Origin: Balanoglossus misakiensis
Lineage: Eukaryota > Animalia > Hemichordata
Reading direction: 5' to 3'
Length of the DNA stretch: 64,000 bases
Assembly: GCA_040954595.2 (NCBI GenBank)
Contig: CM082586.2
Location: 1,555,124 to 1,619,123, forward strand
Shown in pieces: positions 24,701 through 37,557 of the stretch (positions are counted from its first letter, which is position 1; every line of letters starts with the position of its first letter). Below the pieces are notes generated by a model. That model searched no databases and had not been told where the DNA came from. It saw only the letters and a program-made list of their open reading frames with translations. A program made the translations under genes and the position numbers.

Positions 24701-27700
24701 ATTTTCAAAATTTGGTCGATTTTTGAAAAAAACCATGGGTTATAGCTCAGGAAAATCATCAAAAAATGAGAATTTTTCGACTTTGCGAATTTTCAAAATT
24801 TGGTCGATTTTTGAAAAAACCATGGGTTATAGCTCAGGAAAATCATCAAAAAATGAGAATTTTTCGACTTTGCGAATTTTCAAAATTTGGTCGATTTTTG
24901 AAAAAACCATGGGTTATAGCTCAGGAAAATCATCAAAAAATGAGAATTTTTCGACTTTGCGAATTTTCAAAATTTGGTCGATTTTTGAAAAAAACCATGG
25001 GTTATAGCTCAGGAAAATCATCAAAAAATGAGAATTTTTCGACTTTGCGAATTTTCAAAATTTGGTCGATTTTTGAAAAAACCATGGGTTATAGCTCAGG
25101 AAAATCATCAAAAAATGAGAATTTTTCGACTTTGCGAATTTTCAAAATTTGGTCGATTTTTGAAAAAACCATGGGTTATAGCTCAGGAAAATCATCAAAA
25201 AATGAGAATTTTTCGACTTTGCGAATTTTCAAAATTTGGTCGATTTTTGAAAAAAACCATGGGTTATAGCTCAGGAAAATCATCAAAAAATGAGAATTTT
25301 TCGACTTTGCGAATTTTCAAAATTTGGTCGATTTTTGAAAAAAACCATGGGTTATAGCTCAGGAAAATCATCAAAAAATGAGAATTTTTCGACTTTGCGA
25401 ATTTTCAAAATTTGGTCGATTTTTGAAAAAACCATGGGTTATAGCTCAGGAAAATCATCGAAAAATGAGAATTTTTCGACTTTGCGAATTTTCAAAATTT
25501 GGTCGATTTTTGAAAAAACCATGGGTTATAGCTCAGGAAAATCATCAAAAAATGAGAATTTTTCGACTTTTCCAATTTTCAAAATTTGGTCGATTTTTGA
25601 AAAAAACCATGGGTTATAGCTCAGGAAAATCATCAAAAAATGAGAATTTTTCGACTTTGCGAATTTTCAAAAGTTGGTCGATTTTTGAAAAAACCATGGG
25701 TTATAGCTCAGGAAAATCATCAAAAAATGAGAATTTTTCGACTTTTCGAATTTTCAAAATTTGGTCGATTTTTGAAAAAACCATGGGTTATAGCTCAGGA
25801 AAATCATCAAAAAATGAGAATTTTTCGACTTTTCGAATTTTCAAAATTTGGTCGATTTTTGAAAAAACCATGGGTTATAGCTCAGGAAAATCATCAAAAA
25901 ATGAGAATTTTTCGACTTTTCGAATTTTCAAAATTTGGTCGATTTTTGAAAAAAACCATGGGTTATAGCTCAGGAAAATCATCAAAAAATGAGAATTTTT
26001 CGACTTTGCGAATTTTCAAAATTTGGTCGATTTTTGAAAAAAACCATGGGTTATAGCTCAGGAAAATCATCAAAAAATGAGAATTTTTCGACTTTGCGAA
26101 TTTTCAAAATTTGGTCGATTTTTGAAAAAACCATGGGTTATAGCTCAGGAAAATCATCAAAAAATGAGAATTTTTCGACTTTGCGAATTTTCAAAATTTG
26201 GTCGATTTTTGAAAAAAACCATGGGTTATAGCTCAGGAAAATCATCAAAAAATGAGAATTTTTCGACTTTGCTAATTTTCAAAATTTGGTCGATTTTTGA
26301 AAAAACCATGGGTTATAGCTCAGGAAAATCATCAAAAAATGAGAATTTTTCGACTTTGCGAATTTTCAAAATTTGGTCGATTTTTGAAAAAACCATGGGT
26401 TATAGCTCAGGAAAATCATCAAAAAATGAGAATTTTTCGACTTTGCGAATTTTCAAAATTTGGTCGATTTTTGAAAAAAAACCATGGGTTATAGCTCAGG
26501 AAAATCATCAAAAAATGAGAATTTTTCGACTTTGCGAATTTTCAAAATTTGGTCGATTTTTGAAAAAAACCATGGGTTATAGCTCAGGAAAATCATCAAA
26601 AAATGAGAATTTTTCGACTTTGCGAATTTTCAAAATTTGGTCGATTTTTGAAAAAACCATGGGTTATAGCTCAGGAAAATCATCAAAAAATGAGAATTTT
26701 TCGACTTTGCGAATTTTCAAAATTTGGTCGATTTTTGAAAAAACCATGGGTTATAGCTCAGGAAAATCATCAAAAAATGAGAATTTTTCGACTTTGCGAA
26801 TTTTCAAAATTTGGTCGATTTTTGAAAAAACCATGGGTTATAGCTCAGGAAAATCATCAAAAAATGAGAATTTTTCGACTTTGCGAATTTTCAAAATTTG
26901 GTCGATTTTTGAAAAAACCATGGGTTATAGCTCAGGAAAATCATCAAAAAATGAGAATTTTTCGACTTTGCGAATTTTCAAAATTTGGTCGATTTTTGAA
27001 AAAACCATGGGTTATAGCTCAGGAAAATCATCAAAAAATGAGAATTTTTCGACTTTGCGAATTTTCAAAATTTGGTCGATTTTTGAAAAAACCATGGGTT
27101 ATAGCTCAGGAAAATCATCAAAAAATGAGAATTTTTCGACTTTGCGAATTTTCAAAATTTGGTCGATTTTTGAAAAAACCATGGGTTATAGCTCAGGAAA
27201 ATCATCAAAAAATGAGAATTTTTCGACTTTGCGAATTTTCAAAATTTGGTCGATTTTTGAAAAAACCATGGGTTATAGCTCAGGAAAATCATCAAAAAAT
27301 GAGAATTTTTCGACTTTGCGAATTTTCAAAATTTGGTCGATTTTTGAAAAAAACCATGGGTTATAGCTCAGGAAAATCATCAAAAAATGAGAATTTTTCG
27401 ACTTTGCGAATTTTCAAAATTTGGTCGATTTTTGAAAAAACCATGGGTTATAGCTCAGGAAAATCATCAAAAAATGAGAATTTTTCGACTTTGCGAATTT
27501 TCAAAATTTGGTCGATTTTTGAAAAAAACCATGGGTTATAGCTCAGGAAAATCATCAAAAAATGAGAATTTTTCGACTTTTCGAATTTTCAAAATTTGGT
27601 CGATTTTTGAAAAAACCATGGGTTATAGCTCAGGAAAATCATCAAAAAATGAGAATTTTTCGACTTTGCGAATTTTCAAAATTTGGTCGATTTTTGAAAA

Positions 27701-30700
27701 AACCATGGGTTATAGCTCAGGAAAATCATCAAAAAATGAGAATTTTTCGACTTTTCGAATTTTCAAAATTTGGTCGATTTTTGAAAAAAACATGGGTTAT
27801 AGCTCAGGAAAATCATCAAAAAATGAGAATTTTTCAACTTTGCGAATTTTCAAAATTTGGTCGATTTTTGAAAAAACCATGGGTTATAGCTCAGGAAAAT
27901 CATCAAAAAATGAGAATTTTTCGACTTTGCGAATTTTCAAAATTTGGTCGATTTTTGAAAAAACCATGGGTTATAGCTCAGGAAAATCATCAAAAAATGA
28001 GAATTTTTCGACTTTGCGAATTTTCAAAATTTGGTCGATTTTTGAAAAAAACCATGGGTTATAGCTCAGGAAAATCATCAAAAAATGAGAATTTTTCGAC
28101 TTTGCGAATTTTCAAAATTTGGTCGATTTTTGAAAAAAAACATGGGTTATAGCTCAGGAAAATCATCAAAAAATGAGAATTTTTCGACTTTGCGAATTTT
28201 CAAAATTTGGTCGATTTTTGAAAAAACCATGGGTTATAGCTCAGGAAAATCATCAAAAAATGAGAATTTTTCGACTTTGCGAATTTTCAAAATTTGGTCG
28301 ATTTTTGAAAAAACCATGGGTTATAGCTCAGGAAAATCATCAAAAAATGAGAATTTTTCGACTTTGCGAATTTTCAAAATTTGGTCGATTTTTGAAAAAA
28401 CCATGGGTTATAGCTCAGGAAAATCATCAAAAAATAAGAATTTTTTCGACTTTGCGAATTTTCAAAATTTGGTCGATTTTTGAAAAAACCATGGGTTATA
28501 GCTCAGGAAAATCATCAAAAAATGAGAATTTTTCGACTTTGCGAATTTTCAAAATTTGGTCGATTTTTGAAAAAACCATGGGTTATAGCTCAGGAAAATC
28601 ATCAAAAAATGAGAATTTTTCGACTTTGCGAATTTTCAAAATTTGGTCGATTTTTGAAAAAACCATGGGTTATAGCTCAGGAAAATCATCAAAAAATAAG
28701 AATTTTTTCGACTTTGCGAATTTTCAAAATTTGGTCGATTTTTGAAAAAACCATGGGTTATAGCTCAGGAAAATCATCAAAAAATGAGAATTTTTCGACT
28801 TTGCGAATTTTCAAAATTTGGTCGATTTTTGAAAAAACCATGGGTTATAGCTGAGGAAAATCATCAAAAAATGAGAATTTTTCGACTTTTCGAATTTTCA
28901 AAATTTGGTCGATTTTTGAAAAAACCATGGGTTATAGCTCAGGAAAATCATCAAAAAATGAGAATTTTTCCACTTTGCGAATTTTCAAAATTTGGTCGAT
29001 TTTTGAAAAAAACATGGGTTATAGCTCAGGAAAATCATCAAAAAATGAGAATTTTTCGACTTTTCGAATTTTCAAAATTTGGTCGATTTATGAAAAAAAC
29101 ATGGGTTATAGCTCAGGAAAATCATCAAAAAAAAGAGAATTTTTCGACTTTTCGAATTTTCAAAATTTGGTCGATTTTTGAAAAAACCATGGGTTATAGC
29201 TCAGGAAAATCATCAAAAAAAGAGAATTTTTCGACTTTGCGAATTTTCAAAATTTGGTCGATTTTTGAAAAAAAACCATGGGTTATAGCTCAGGAAAATC
29301 ATCAAAAAATGAGAATTTTTCGACTTTGCGAATTTTCAAAATTTGGTCGATTTTTGAAAAAAATCATGGGTTATAGCTCAGGAAAATCATCAAAAAATGA
29401 GAATTTTTCGACTTTGCGAATTTTCAAAATTTGGTCGATTTTTGAAAAAACCATGGGTTATAGCTCAGGAAAATCATCAAAAAATGAGAATTTTTCGACT
29501 TTGCGAATTTTCAAAATTTGGTAGATTTTTGAAAAAACCATGGGTTATAGCTCAGGAAAATCATCAAAAAATGAGAATTTTTCGACTTTGCGAATTTTCA
29601 AAATTTGGTCGATTTTTGAAAAAACCATGGGTTATAGCTCAGGAAAATCATCAAAAAATGAGAATTTTTCAACTTTGCGAATTTTCAAAATTTGGTCGAT
29701 TTTTGAAAAAAACCACGGGTTTTAGCTCAGGAAAATCATCAAAAAATGAGAATTTTTCGACTTTGCGAATTTTCAAAATTTGGTCGATTTTTGAAAAAAC
29801 CATGGGTTATAGCTCAGGAAAATCATCAAAAAATGAGAATTTTTCGACTTTGCGAATTTTCAAAATTTGGTCGATTTTTGAAAAAACCATGGGTTATAGC
29901 TCAGGAAAATCATCAAAAAATGAGAATTTTTCGACTTTGCGAATTTTCAAAATTTGGTCGATTTTTGAAAAAACCATGGGTTATAGCTCAGGAAAATCAT
30001 CAAAAAATAAGAATTTTTCGACTTTGCGAATTTTCAAAATTTGGTCGATTTTTGAAAAAAACCATGGGTTATAGCTCAGGAAAATCATCAAAAAATGAGA
30101 ATTTTTCGACTTTGCGAATTTTCAAAATTTGGTCGATTTTTGAAAAAAACCATGGGTTATAGCTCAGGAAAATCATCAAAAAATGAGAATTTTTCGACTT
30201 TGCGAATTTTCAAAATTTGGTCGATTTTTGAAAAAAACCATGGGTTATAGCTCAGGAAAATCATCAAAAAATGAGAATTTTTCGACTTTGCGAATTTTCA
30301 AAATTTGGTCGATTTGTGAAAAAAACCATGGGTTATAGCTCAGGAAAATCATCAAAAAATGAGAATTTTTCGACTTTGCGAATTTTCAAAATTTGGTCGA
30401 TTTGTGAAAAAAACCATGGGTTATAGCTCAGGAAAATCATCAAAAAATGAGAATTTTTCGACTTTGCGAATTTTCAAAATTTGGTCGATTTGTGAAAAAA
30501 ACCATGGGTTATAGCTCAGGAAAATCATCAAAAAATGAGAAATTTTCGACTTTGCGAATTTTCAAAATTTGGTCGATTTGTGAAAAAAACCATGGGTTAT
30601 AGCTCAGGAAAAGCATCAAAAAATGAGAATTTTTCGACTTTGCGAATTTTCAAAATTTGGTCGATTTTTGAAAAAAACCATGGGTTATAGCTCAGGAAAA

Positions 30701-32862
30701 TCATCAAAAAATGAGAATTTTTCGACTTTGCGAATTTTCAAAATTTGGTCGATTTTTGAAAAAAACCATGGGTTATAGCTCAGGAAAATCATCAAAAAAT
30801 GAGAATTTTTCGACTTTGCGAATTTTCAAAATTTGGTCGATTTTTGAAAAAAACCATGGGTTATAGCTCAGGAAAATCATCAAAAAATGAGAATTTTTCG
30901 ACTTTGCGAATTTTCAAAATTTGGTCGATTTTTGAAAAAAAACATGGGTTATAGCTCAGGAAAATCATCAAAAAATGAGAATTTTTCGACTTTGCGAATT
31001 TTCAAAATTTGGTCGATTTTTGAAAAAAACCATGGGTTATAGCTCAGGAAAATCATCAAAAAATGAGAATTTTTCGACTTTGCGAATTTTCAAAATTTGG
31101 TCGATTTTTGAAAAAACCATGGGTTATAGCTCAGGAAAATCATCAAAAAATGAGAATTTTTCGACTTTGCGAATTTTCAAAATTTGGTCGATTTTTGAAA
31201 AAAACCATGGGTTATATCTCAGGAAAATCATCAAAAAATGAGAATTTTTCGACTTTGCGAATTTTCAAAATTTGGTCGATTTTTGAAAAAAACCATGGGT
31301 TATAGCTCAGGAAAATCATCAAAAAATGAGAATTTTTCGACTTTGCGAATTTTCAAAATTTGGTCGATTTTTGAAAAAAACCATGGGTTATAGCTCAGGA
31401 AAATCATCAAAAAATGAGAATTTTTCGACATTGCGAATTTTCAAAATTTGGTCGATTTTTGAAAAAAACCATGGGTTATAGCTCAGGAAAATCATCAAAA
31501 AATGAGAATTTTTCGACTTTGCGAATTTTCAAAATTTGGTCGATTTTTGAAAAAAACCATGGGTTATAGCTCAGGAAAATCATCAAAAAATGAGAATTTT
31601 TCGACTTTGCGAATTTTCAAAATTTGGTCGATTTTTGAAAAAAACCATGGGTTATAGCTCAGGAAAATCATCAAAAAATGAGAATTTTTCGACTTTGCGA
31701 ATTTTCAAAATTTGGTCGATTTTTGAAAAAAACCATGGGTTATAGCTCAGGAAAATCATCAAAAAATGAGAATTTTTCGACTTTGCGAATTTTCAAAATT
31801 TGGTCGATTTTTGAAAAAAACCATGGGTTATAGCTCAGGAAAATCATCAAAAAATGAGAATTTTTCGACTTTGCGAATTTTCAAAATTTGGTCGATTTTT
31901 GAAAAAAACCATGGGTTATAGCTCAGGAAAATCATCAAAAAAATGAGAATTTTTCGACTTTGCGAATTTTCAAAATTTGGTCGATTTTTGAAAAAAACCA
32001 TGGGTTATAGCTCAGGAAAATCATCAAAAAATGAGAATTTTTCGACTTTGCGAATTTTCAAAATTTGGTCGATTTTTGAAAAAAACCATGGGTTATAGCT
32101 CAGGAAAATCATCAAAAAATGAGAATTTTTCGACTTTGCGAATTTTCAAAATTTGGTCGATTTTTGAAAAAACCATGGGTTATAGCTCAGGAAAATCATC
32201 AAAAAATGAGAATTTTTCGACTTTGCGAATTTTCAAAATTTGGTCGATTTTTGAAAAAACCATGGGTTATAGCTCAGGAAAATCATCAAAAAATGAGAAT
32301 TTTTCGACTTTGCGAATTTTCAAAATTTGGTCGATTTTTGAAAAAACCATGGGTTATAGCTCAGGAAAATCATCAAAAAATGAGAATTTTTCGACTTTGC
32401 GAATTTTTAAAATTTGGTCGATTTTTGAAAAAACCATGGGTTATAGCTCAGGAAAATCATCAAAAAATGAGAATTTTTCGACTTTGCGAATTTTTAAAAT
32501 TTGGTCGATTTTTGAAAAAACCATGGGTTATAGCTCAGGAAAATCATCAAAAAATGAGAATTTTTCGACTTTGCGAATTTTCAAAATTTGGTCGATTTTT
32601 GAAAAAAACATGGGTTATAGCTCAGGAAAATCATCAAAAAATGAGAATTTTTCGACTTTGCGAATTTTCAAAATTTCGTCGATTTTTGAAAAAAACATGG
32701 GTTATAGCTCAGGAAAATCATCAAAAAATGAGAATTTTTTGACTTTGCGAATTTTCAAAATTTCGTCGATTTTTGAAAAAACCATGGGTTATAGCTCAGG
32801 AAAATCTTCAAAAAATGAGAATTTTTCGACTTTGCGAATTTTCAAAATTTAGCTCAGGAAAA
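9752..32862. repeat. 87-bp satellite DNA array, ~23.1 kb, ~265 head-to-tail monomers
   Basis: Consensus CCATGGGTTATAGCTCAGGAAAATCATCAAAAAATGAGAATTTTTCGACTTTGCGAATTTTCAAAATTTGGTCGATTTTTGAAAAAA; very high identity, no unique spacers, degenerate monomers at both ends. Confidence 0.99.
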
Positions 32863-32884
32863 CTGTGAAAAGCTGAAAAATTAG

Positions 32885-33280
32885 ACTATAGGTCACACAC
32901 GCTCAAAAATGACAGATTCTTGACTTCGGTAAATTTGTTCATTTGGGCCCTTTAATGTCATATCCGTGGAATATAACTCATACCTGCTTAAAAATGACAG
33001 ATTCTTGATTTCGTGAAATTTGGTCATTAAATGTTCCCATGTCATATCCATGGACTCACACTCACGCTCGCTCAAAAAAATGACAGATTCTTGACTCGTG
33101 AAATTTGCTCATATTGGCATTTTAATAAATGTAATATCCATGGAATATAACTTATACACGCTCATACAATGAAAAATTCTTGACTTCGTGAAATTTGCTC
33201 ATTTTTGCCTTTTCATTTCATATCTATTGACTATAACTCATACACGCTCAAAAAATGAAAAAATATTGACTTCGTGCATT
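32885..33280. repeat. Diverged ~86-bp tandem repeat (~4.5 copies) related to the main satellite
   Basis: GCT(C/T)AAAAATGA..ATTCTTGACTTCGTGAAATTTG recurs at 32901, 32986, 33070, 33160 and 33246 (spacing 84-90 bp). Confidence 0.88.
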
Positions 33281-33283
33281 TTG

Positions 33284-33590
33284 TGTATGTATGTATGTAT
33301 GTATGTATGTATGTATGTATGTATGTATGTATGTATGTATGTATGTATGTATGTATGTATGTATGTATGTATGTATGTATGTATGTATGTATGTATGTAC
33401 AATGTATGTATGTCTGTCTGTATGTATGTATGTATGTATGTATGTATGTATGCATGTATGCATGTATGTATGTATGTATGTATGTATGTATGTATGTATG
33501 TATGTATGTATGTATGTATGTATGTATGTATGTATGTATGTATGTATGTATGTATGTATGTATGTATGTATGTATGTATGCATGCATGTA
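33284..33590. repeat. (TATG)n tetranucleotide microsatellite, ~75 units
   Basis: Read directly; a few TCTG/CATG interruptions. Confidence 0.99.
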
Positions 33591-34703
33591 GAACGAAAAC
33601 TATATTCCTCTTTGTATTTTGGATTTAATAATGCTAGTGTAAGTCCAAGGTGGTATTTATTCAGTAACGTCGTTTCCTGATTAAAATGTTGGTTTATTTC
33701 CCCCCCCCCCCAAAAAAAAAATACGTCAGTCGCTCAATGCTAACGTCAAAAATTAATATTTGATGTGTCATGTCTCGTTCTAATTAGTGTGTGTGACATA
33801 CATACATTTACACCCTAAAGAAAAATCTTCGCTAATCATAGCTGCATGTACAGACATTCCACGCAGTCTCAGAAGCTCCATCCTCTTGTTGCGGTTGTCG
33901 TGAAACACCTGGCCAGGTCCAGCCTAAGACTAATTTCCGCTTTTACAGACCAACAACCCGGCGTCTGTCGTCAAAACTGAGACTAACAATGCTCTGAAAC
34001 AGAACAAAATTTACTGATTTAGTCAAAGCGGGACTTGATTAATATTGGATGCATATGCAGGATTTGCGTAGGCCATTATAGTGTGTGATTTATATAAGCT
34101 GTCTGTTGTGTTCAATAATTCAACGAGCGCCAACCTGCTTACATACGTACCGTACGGCATCACAATGTAACGTGTACGCACACGTTCTGGTGCTGTCGGC
34201 GACTCGACAACGTTCTGTAGAGACATTATCGCTGCTTTCTACAAAACCAGAGAGCGTGGTAATTTTCCTCGCAAATCGAATTTATCCGTTTCCCACTGGG
34301 GACAGCTTTTTGAATAAGGTATGTGACAATCTCTTGTTGTTGTATGTAGTCGAGTGTAAACTTTGAACGGATTTTTCGTCCTACACGATTTTATCATTTT
34401 GGTCATTCATAGACTTTTTTTCTAAAAGTGTTCTGGAAATGGATTAGATCTGTACCTGACGAACTTACATGGAAAAACGAAACGAGGAAATGTTTCAGTT
34501 AAAGCAGCTTGGTGGGAAAACAGTAAAATGTGAAGGAACTCAAAATTCATGCAAAATATGACCTGGGGAGGCCGTGCATTCCTTTGTCAGAATGAACGCA
34601 CAGTTAGCCACATGATTAAGCCAGAAGCGTTTTGTTTAAGATTCATCGCTCCCTTTACACATCTCATGGTTTGCACTTGCAGGGAGACAGAGTTCAGTAA
34701 GGC

Positions 34704-35756
34704 ATGGAGTCCAAGTCCAAAGACATCTCGAGGAGCAGCGCCGCCAGTAAGATGCCCACTTTTCGCGAATTTGCGGCAGAAATGACGGGAGACTCCAGTG
34801 TGTTGTCAGAGACCATGGCGGAAGTAGCGCACGAGCTCTACGAGCTGAGACTCGAGTCACTCCGCGCCATGGAAGACATCGACCCAAAGGAAGACACGGC
34901 GAGGAAGAAACGAAAGAAGCGACGGAAGCGGTCGTTGTCGGCAGACGATTATGTCACGTACAGCATTGACAAAAACCTGCCTCGCCCGGTGAGGAAATTT
35001 CTACTGAGGCTTCAGAAACATTTAAAAGAGCCCGAGAATGCGATGGACAGGCCCGAAGACAAGGGAGCGCCATCCAACATCCCCCTCCATTTGCTGATAC
35101 CCTCAAGCCCCCGCAAACAGCTGCACACACCAACGGTAGAACTGCACACCAGTCAAAATACTGATTGCGAAGAAGGTGCACTGATTGATGAGTTTAATCC
35201 GACCCTGACGCCTGTCTACCGTCAATTTCCGAACACAACCATCCCGCACGCTCGAACCACAAACCTACGTCGGTTTGATTCCACCGAGTCGCTCACGGCG
35301 ACGGGGTCGGGTCATAAACTGGCGCCGATCACCGAGCAATCGCACCGCGTGTTCGACATTTTCACCGAAGTCCAGCTCCTCCGCCAACGGGGCACTGTCT
35401 CGCAGCCGAACAGCGGGTTCAAAGCGCTGGGTTCCCCTCCCACTCCGCGCTCGCCACAGGGAGATTTCCCTGCACCGGCGTTCAGCTCGCCGCAGTGCGA
35501 ACGAAAGAAAACCACGCTCGCCATGTCGCTCTCCCTGCCGTCAAATGCGTCTCTCCTAGAGCGAAGACTTCGCAAGGAGAGCGAGCAAAGTCCTGCGCAT
35601 GCTGACGGCGCCCAAGCACACGCAGCCGCCGGGAAGTCCCAGCATTCCAAAGGAAAAGTGTTGCTCCCTCCACTGATTGGTGTTTCCCCGGCAACCAAAG
35701 CGAGTCGAACGGACAGCGATAGTCCGCTTGTTATAGCTAAACATTCAGAGACCTGA
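34704..35756 (+). CDS. Uncharacterised 350-aa protein; basic NLS-like stretch, otherwise Ser/Pro-rich and probably disordered
   Basis: Uninterrupted GC-richer ORF; good Kozak GGCATGG with in-frame TAA just upstream; possible acceptor TTGCAG| at 34682; RKKRKKRRKR. No domain recognised. Confidence 0.7.
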   Translation: MESKSKDISRSSAASKMPTFREFAAEMTGDSSVLSETMAEVAHELYELRLESLRAMEDIDPKEDTARKKRKKRRKRSLSADDYVTYSIDKNLPRPVRKFLLRLQKHLKEPENAMDRPEDKGAPSNIPLHLLIPSSPRKQLHTPTVELHTSQNTDCEEGALIDEFNPTLTPVYRQFPNTTIPHARTTNLRRFDSTESLTATGSGHKLAPITEQSHRVFDIFTEVQLLRQRGTVSQPNSGFKALGSPPTPRSPQGDFPAPAFSSPQCERKKTTLAMSLSLPSNASLLERRLRKESEQSPAHADGAQAHAAAGKSQHSKGKVLLPPLIGVSPATKASRTDSDSPLVIAKHSET

Positions 35757-37494
35757 ATCAGCGAATGTATATGCAGTCAGGAGATTCATTGAGCTCGTCG
35801 AAACATAATTACTTCGCATTCTTGAACGAAACACTCATGTTGGTATGTTTGCGAGGACTGTACACAATAATGCATGTAGTCTGAAAAACTGTTCCAGATA
35901 TGCCATCTGACCGATTTATTTCAACTCATCAACAGAAAACAGATCTATATATTTTCATTCGGTGAATAATTATAATTTATAGCTGAAGAATCCTATCCCT
36001 GATAATGTTTTTTTTCTATATTGTAATTCATGACCTCTACTTAGGTGATGCGTAAATCAAAACATTAGCACCTTATACTGACAGAGCAACACGTGCTATA
36101 GATTTATGATTGATGAAATTTCAAGTTCACTTTCACCTTAAATGTTGTACAGATTCCCCCTGGTTGTAAACGAAGATAACTCGTGAATAATATAGCCATC
36201 AATCAGCAGGGGTCTCACAATAATTACTTGGCAGCATGTTTTATGGTTTTTGGCCACACGCTGAAGCCCCAATTTGAATTATTAAACTTGAACCTGACTC
36301 TCTCATAATTGAGCGTATAATTGGAGATAATTGTAACCAGATGCTGAGCCAGCAAATTACTTTCCCGGTGAGTCATATACGCACATCAGCCATCCTCTTA
36401 GAACCCAGTCACAAATATGAAAGCAAGCACTGGCACTCATGCAGATGTCACCGATCCATCAGCTTTAAATCCTGTCCGATAGATGAAGTTGTCACAGTCA
36501 CAATGCCTTGTTTTGTTTACGTGATTAAGAAGAACAAGTATAAATCACGCAGAGATTATCAATAATTGAAACAGTTTACTATAATAAATGTTATGATCCA
36601 ATTATTTATCTAATGAACACAAAACGATTTTAAGTTTTTTTATGCCCTGAATTAACTGTTGAATGGATGTAATAAATTATGTATTATGATCATTTCTCGG
36701 CGTATGAATCTTGTTTGACGAGTTTTGGCATCACAAAACTTGCGACTATGATGCCCATATACGTCGTCACGCAACTCAGTTCCCGTTATTTCATTTCGAT
36801 GAATTCCGTCATGCATGACGCGTTTCGTCGCCGACGTTCACCAACCCAACTGCGCCGGGAGAGCCATAAACTTTCCGACATCCCATAACCTCATCTCACG
36901 CCAGGCCAAAAATGATACGACAGGAAATTGGGATTGCTCGTGGATATTACGCCACGCGATCATTGGAAAGCGCGTTGATGAGAAGCCCTCGGGATGATAG
37001 CAAATTGTTCTGTGTGATTTACTGAAATTACAGTCCGACTAAAATGATGAGTCTATAGAATCTGATAATCCCGCATTGAAACATGAAATATTGACGCCGT
37101 TTGCTCGGTCGATTCATCGACATTTGTATGGGAACAGAGTCAGTGTACCCCGGTATCGAACAACCTTTCATCTCAAAATCATTAAATTGGTTTGATTATA
37201 TGTTTAGGAATAGCATAAATTAGAATTTCGTTGGCTAGACCGTGCAATACTGAGAACAGTATCTCTAGGAAGTTCATCTTATTTCACCAACCCTTGACTT
37301 ATAGTACTACCAGTAAGTCATGACTTAACCTTAAGGACATCAATATCAGTGATAACCATAAATTTACAGGAGGCTATGTCAACATACCCACTTCTGGGTT
37401 CTTCAAAACGGTTCGAGGACACAACTCATTACATCTACCGGCCCCTGATAGGTCATAGATGTTGACTGCCATGGTGTTTAATACAACGCATCCA

Positions 37495-37557
37495 CTCTCT
37501 TTCTGTCTCTGTCTGCGTCTGTCTGTCTCTCTCCCTCTCTCTCTCTCCCTCTCTCTC
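37495..37557. repeat. CT-rich simple repeat
   Basis: CTCTCTTTCTGTCTCTGTCTG…CTCTCTCTCCCTCTCTCTC. Confidence 0.75.

Noticed and set aside
9821-32852. Dozens of long ORFs (MGYSSGKSSK… / KKPWVIAQEN…) suggesting a giant repeat protein or programmed frameshifting
   Set aside because: 87 bp is 29 codons and two + frames happen to lack stops. Indels of +1, +2 and -1 are scattered without regard to frame, whole blocks are 88 bp, and there is no unique N- or C-terminus. These are satellite artefacts.
9752-32862. CRISPR-like array
   Set aside because: Monomers are contiguous with no unique spacers, there are no cas genes, and the context is eukaryotic.
33188-33680. MYVC/HTYI repeat ORFs
   Set aside because: Translation of the (TATG)n microsatellite.
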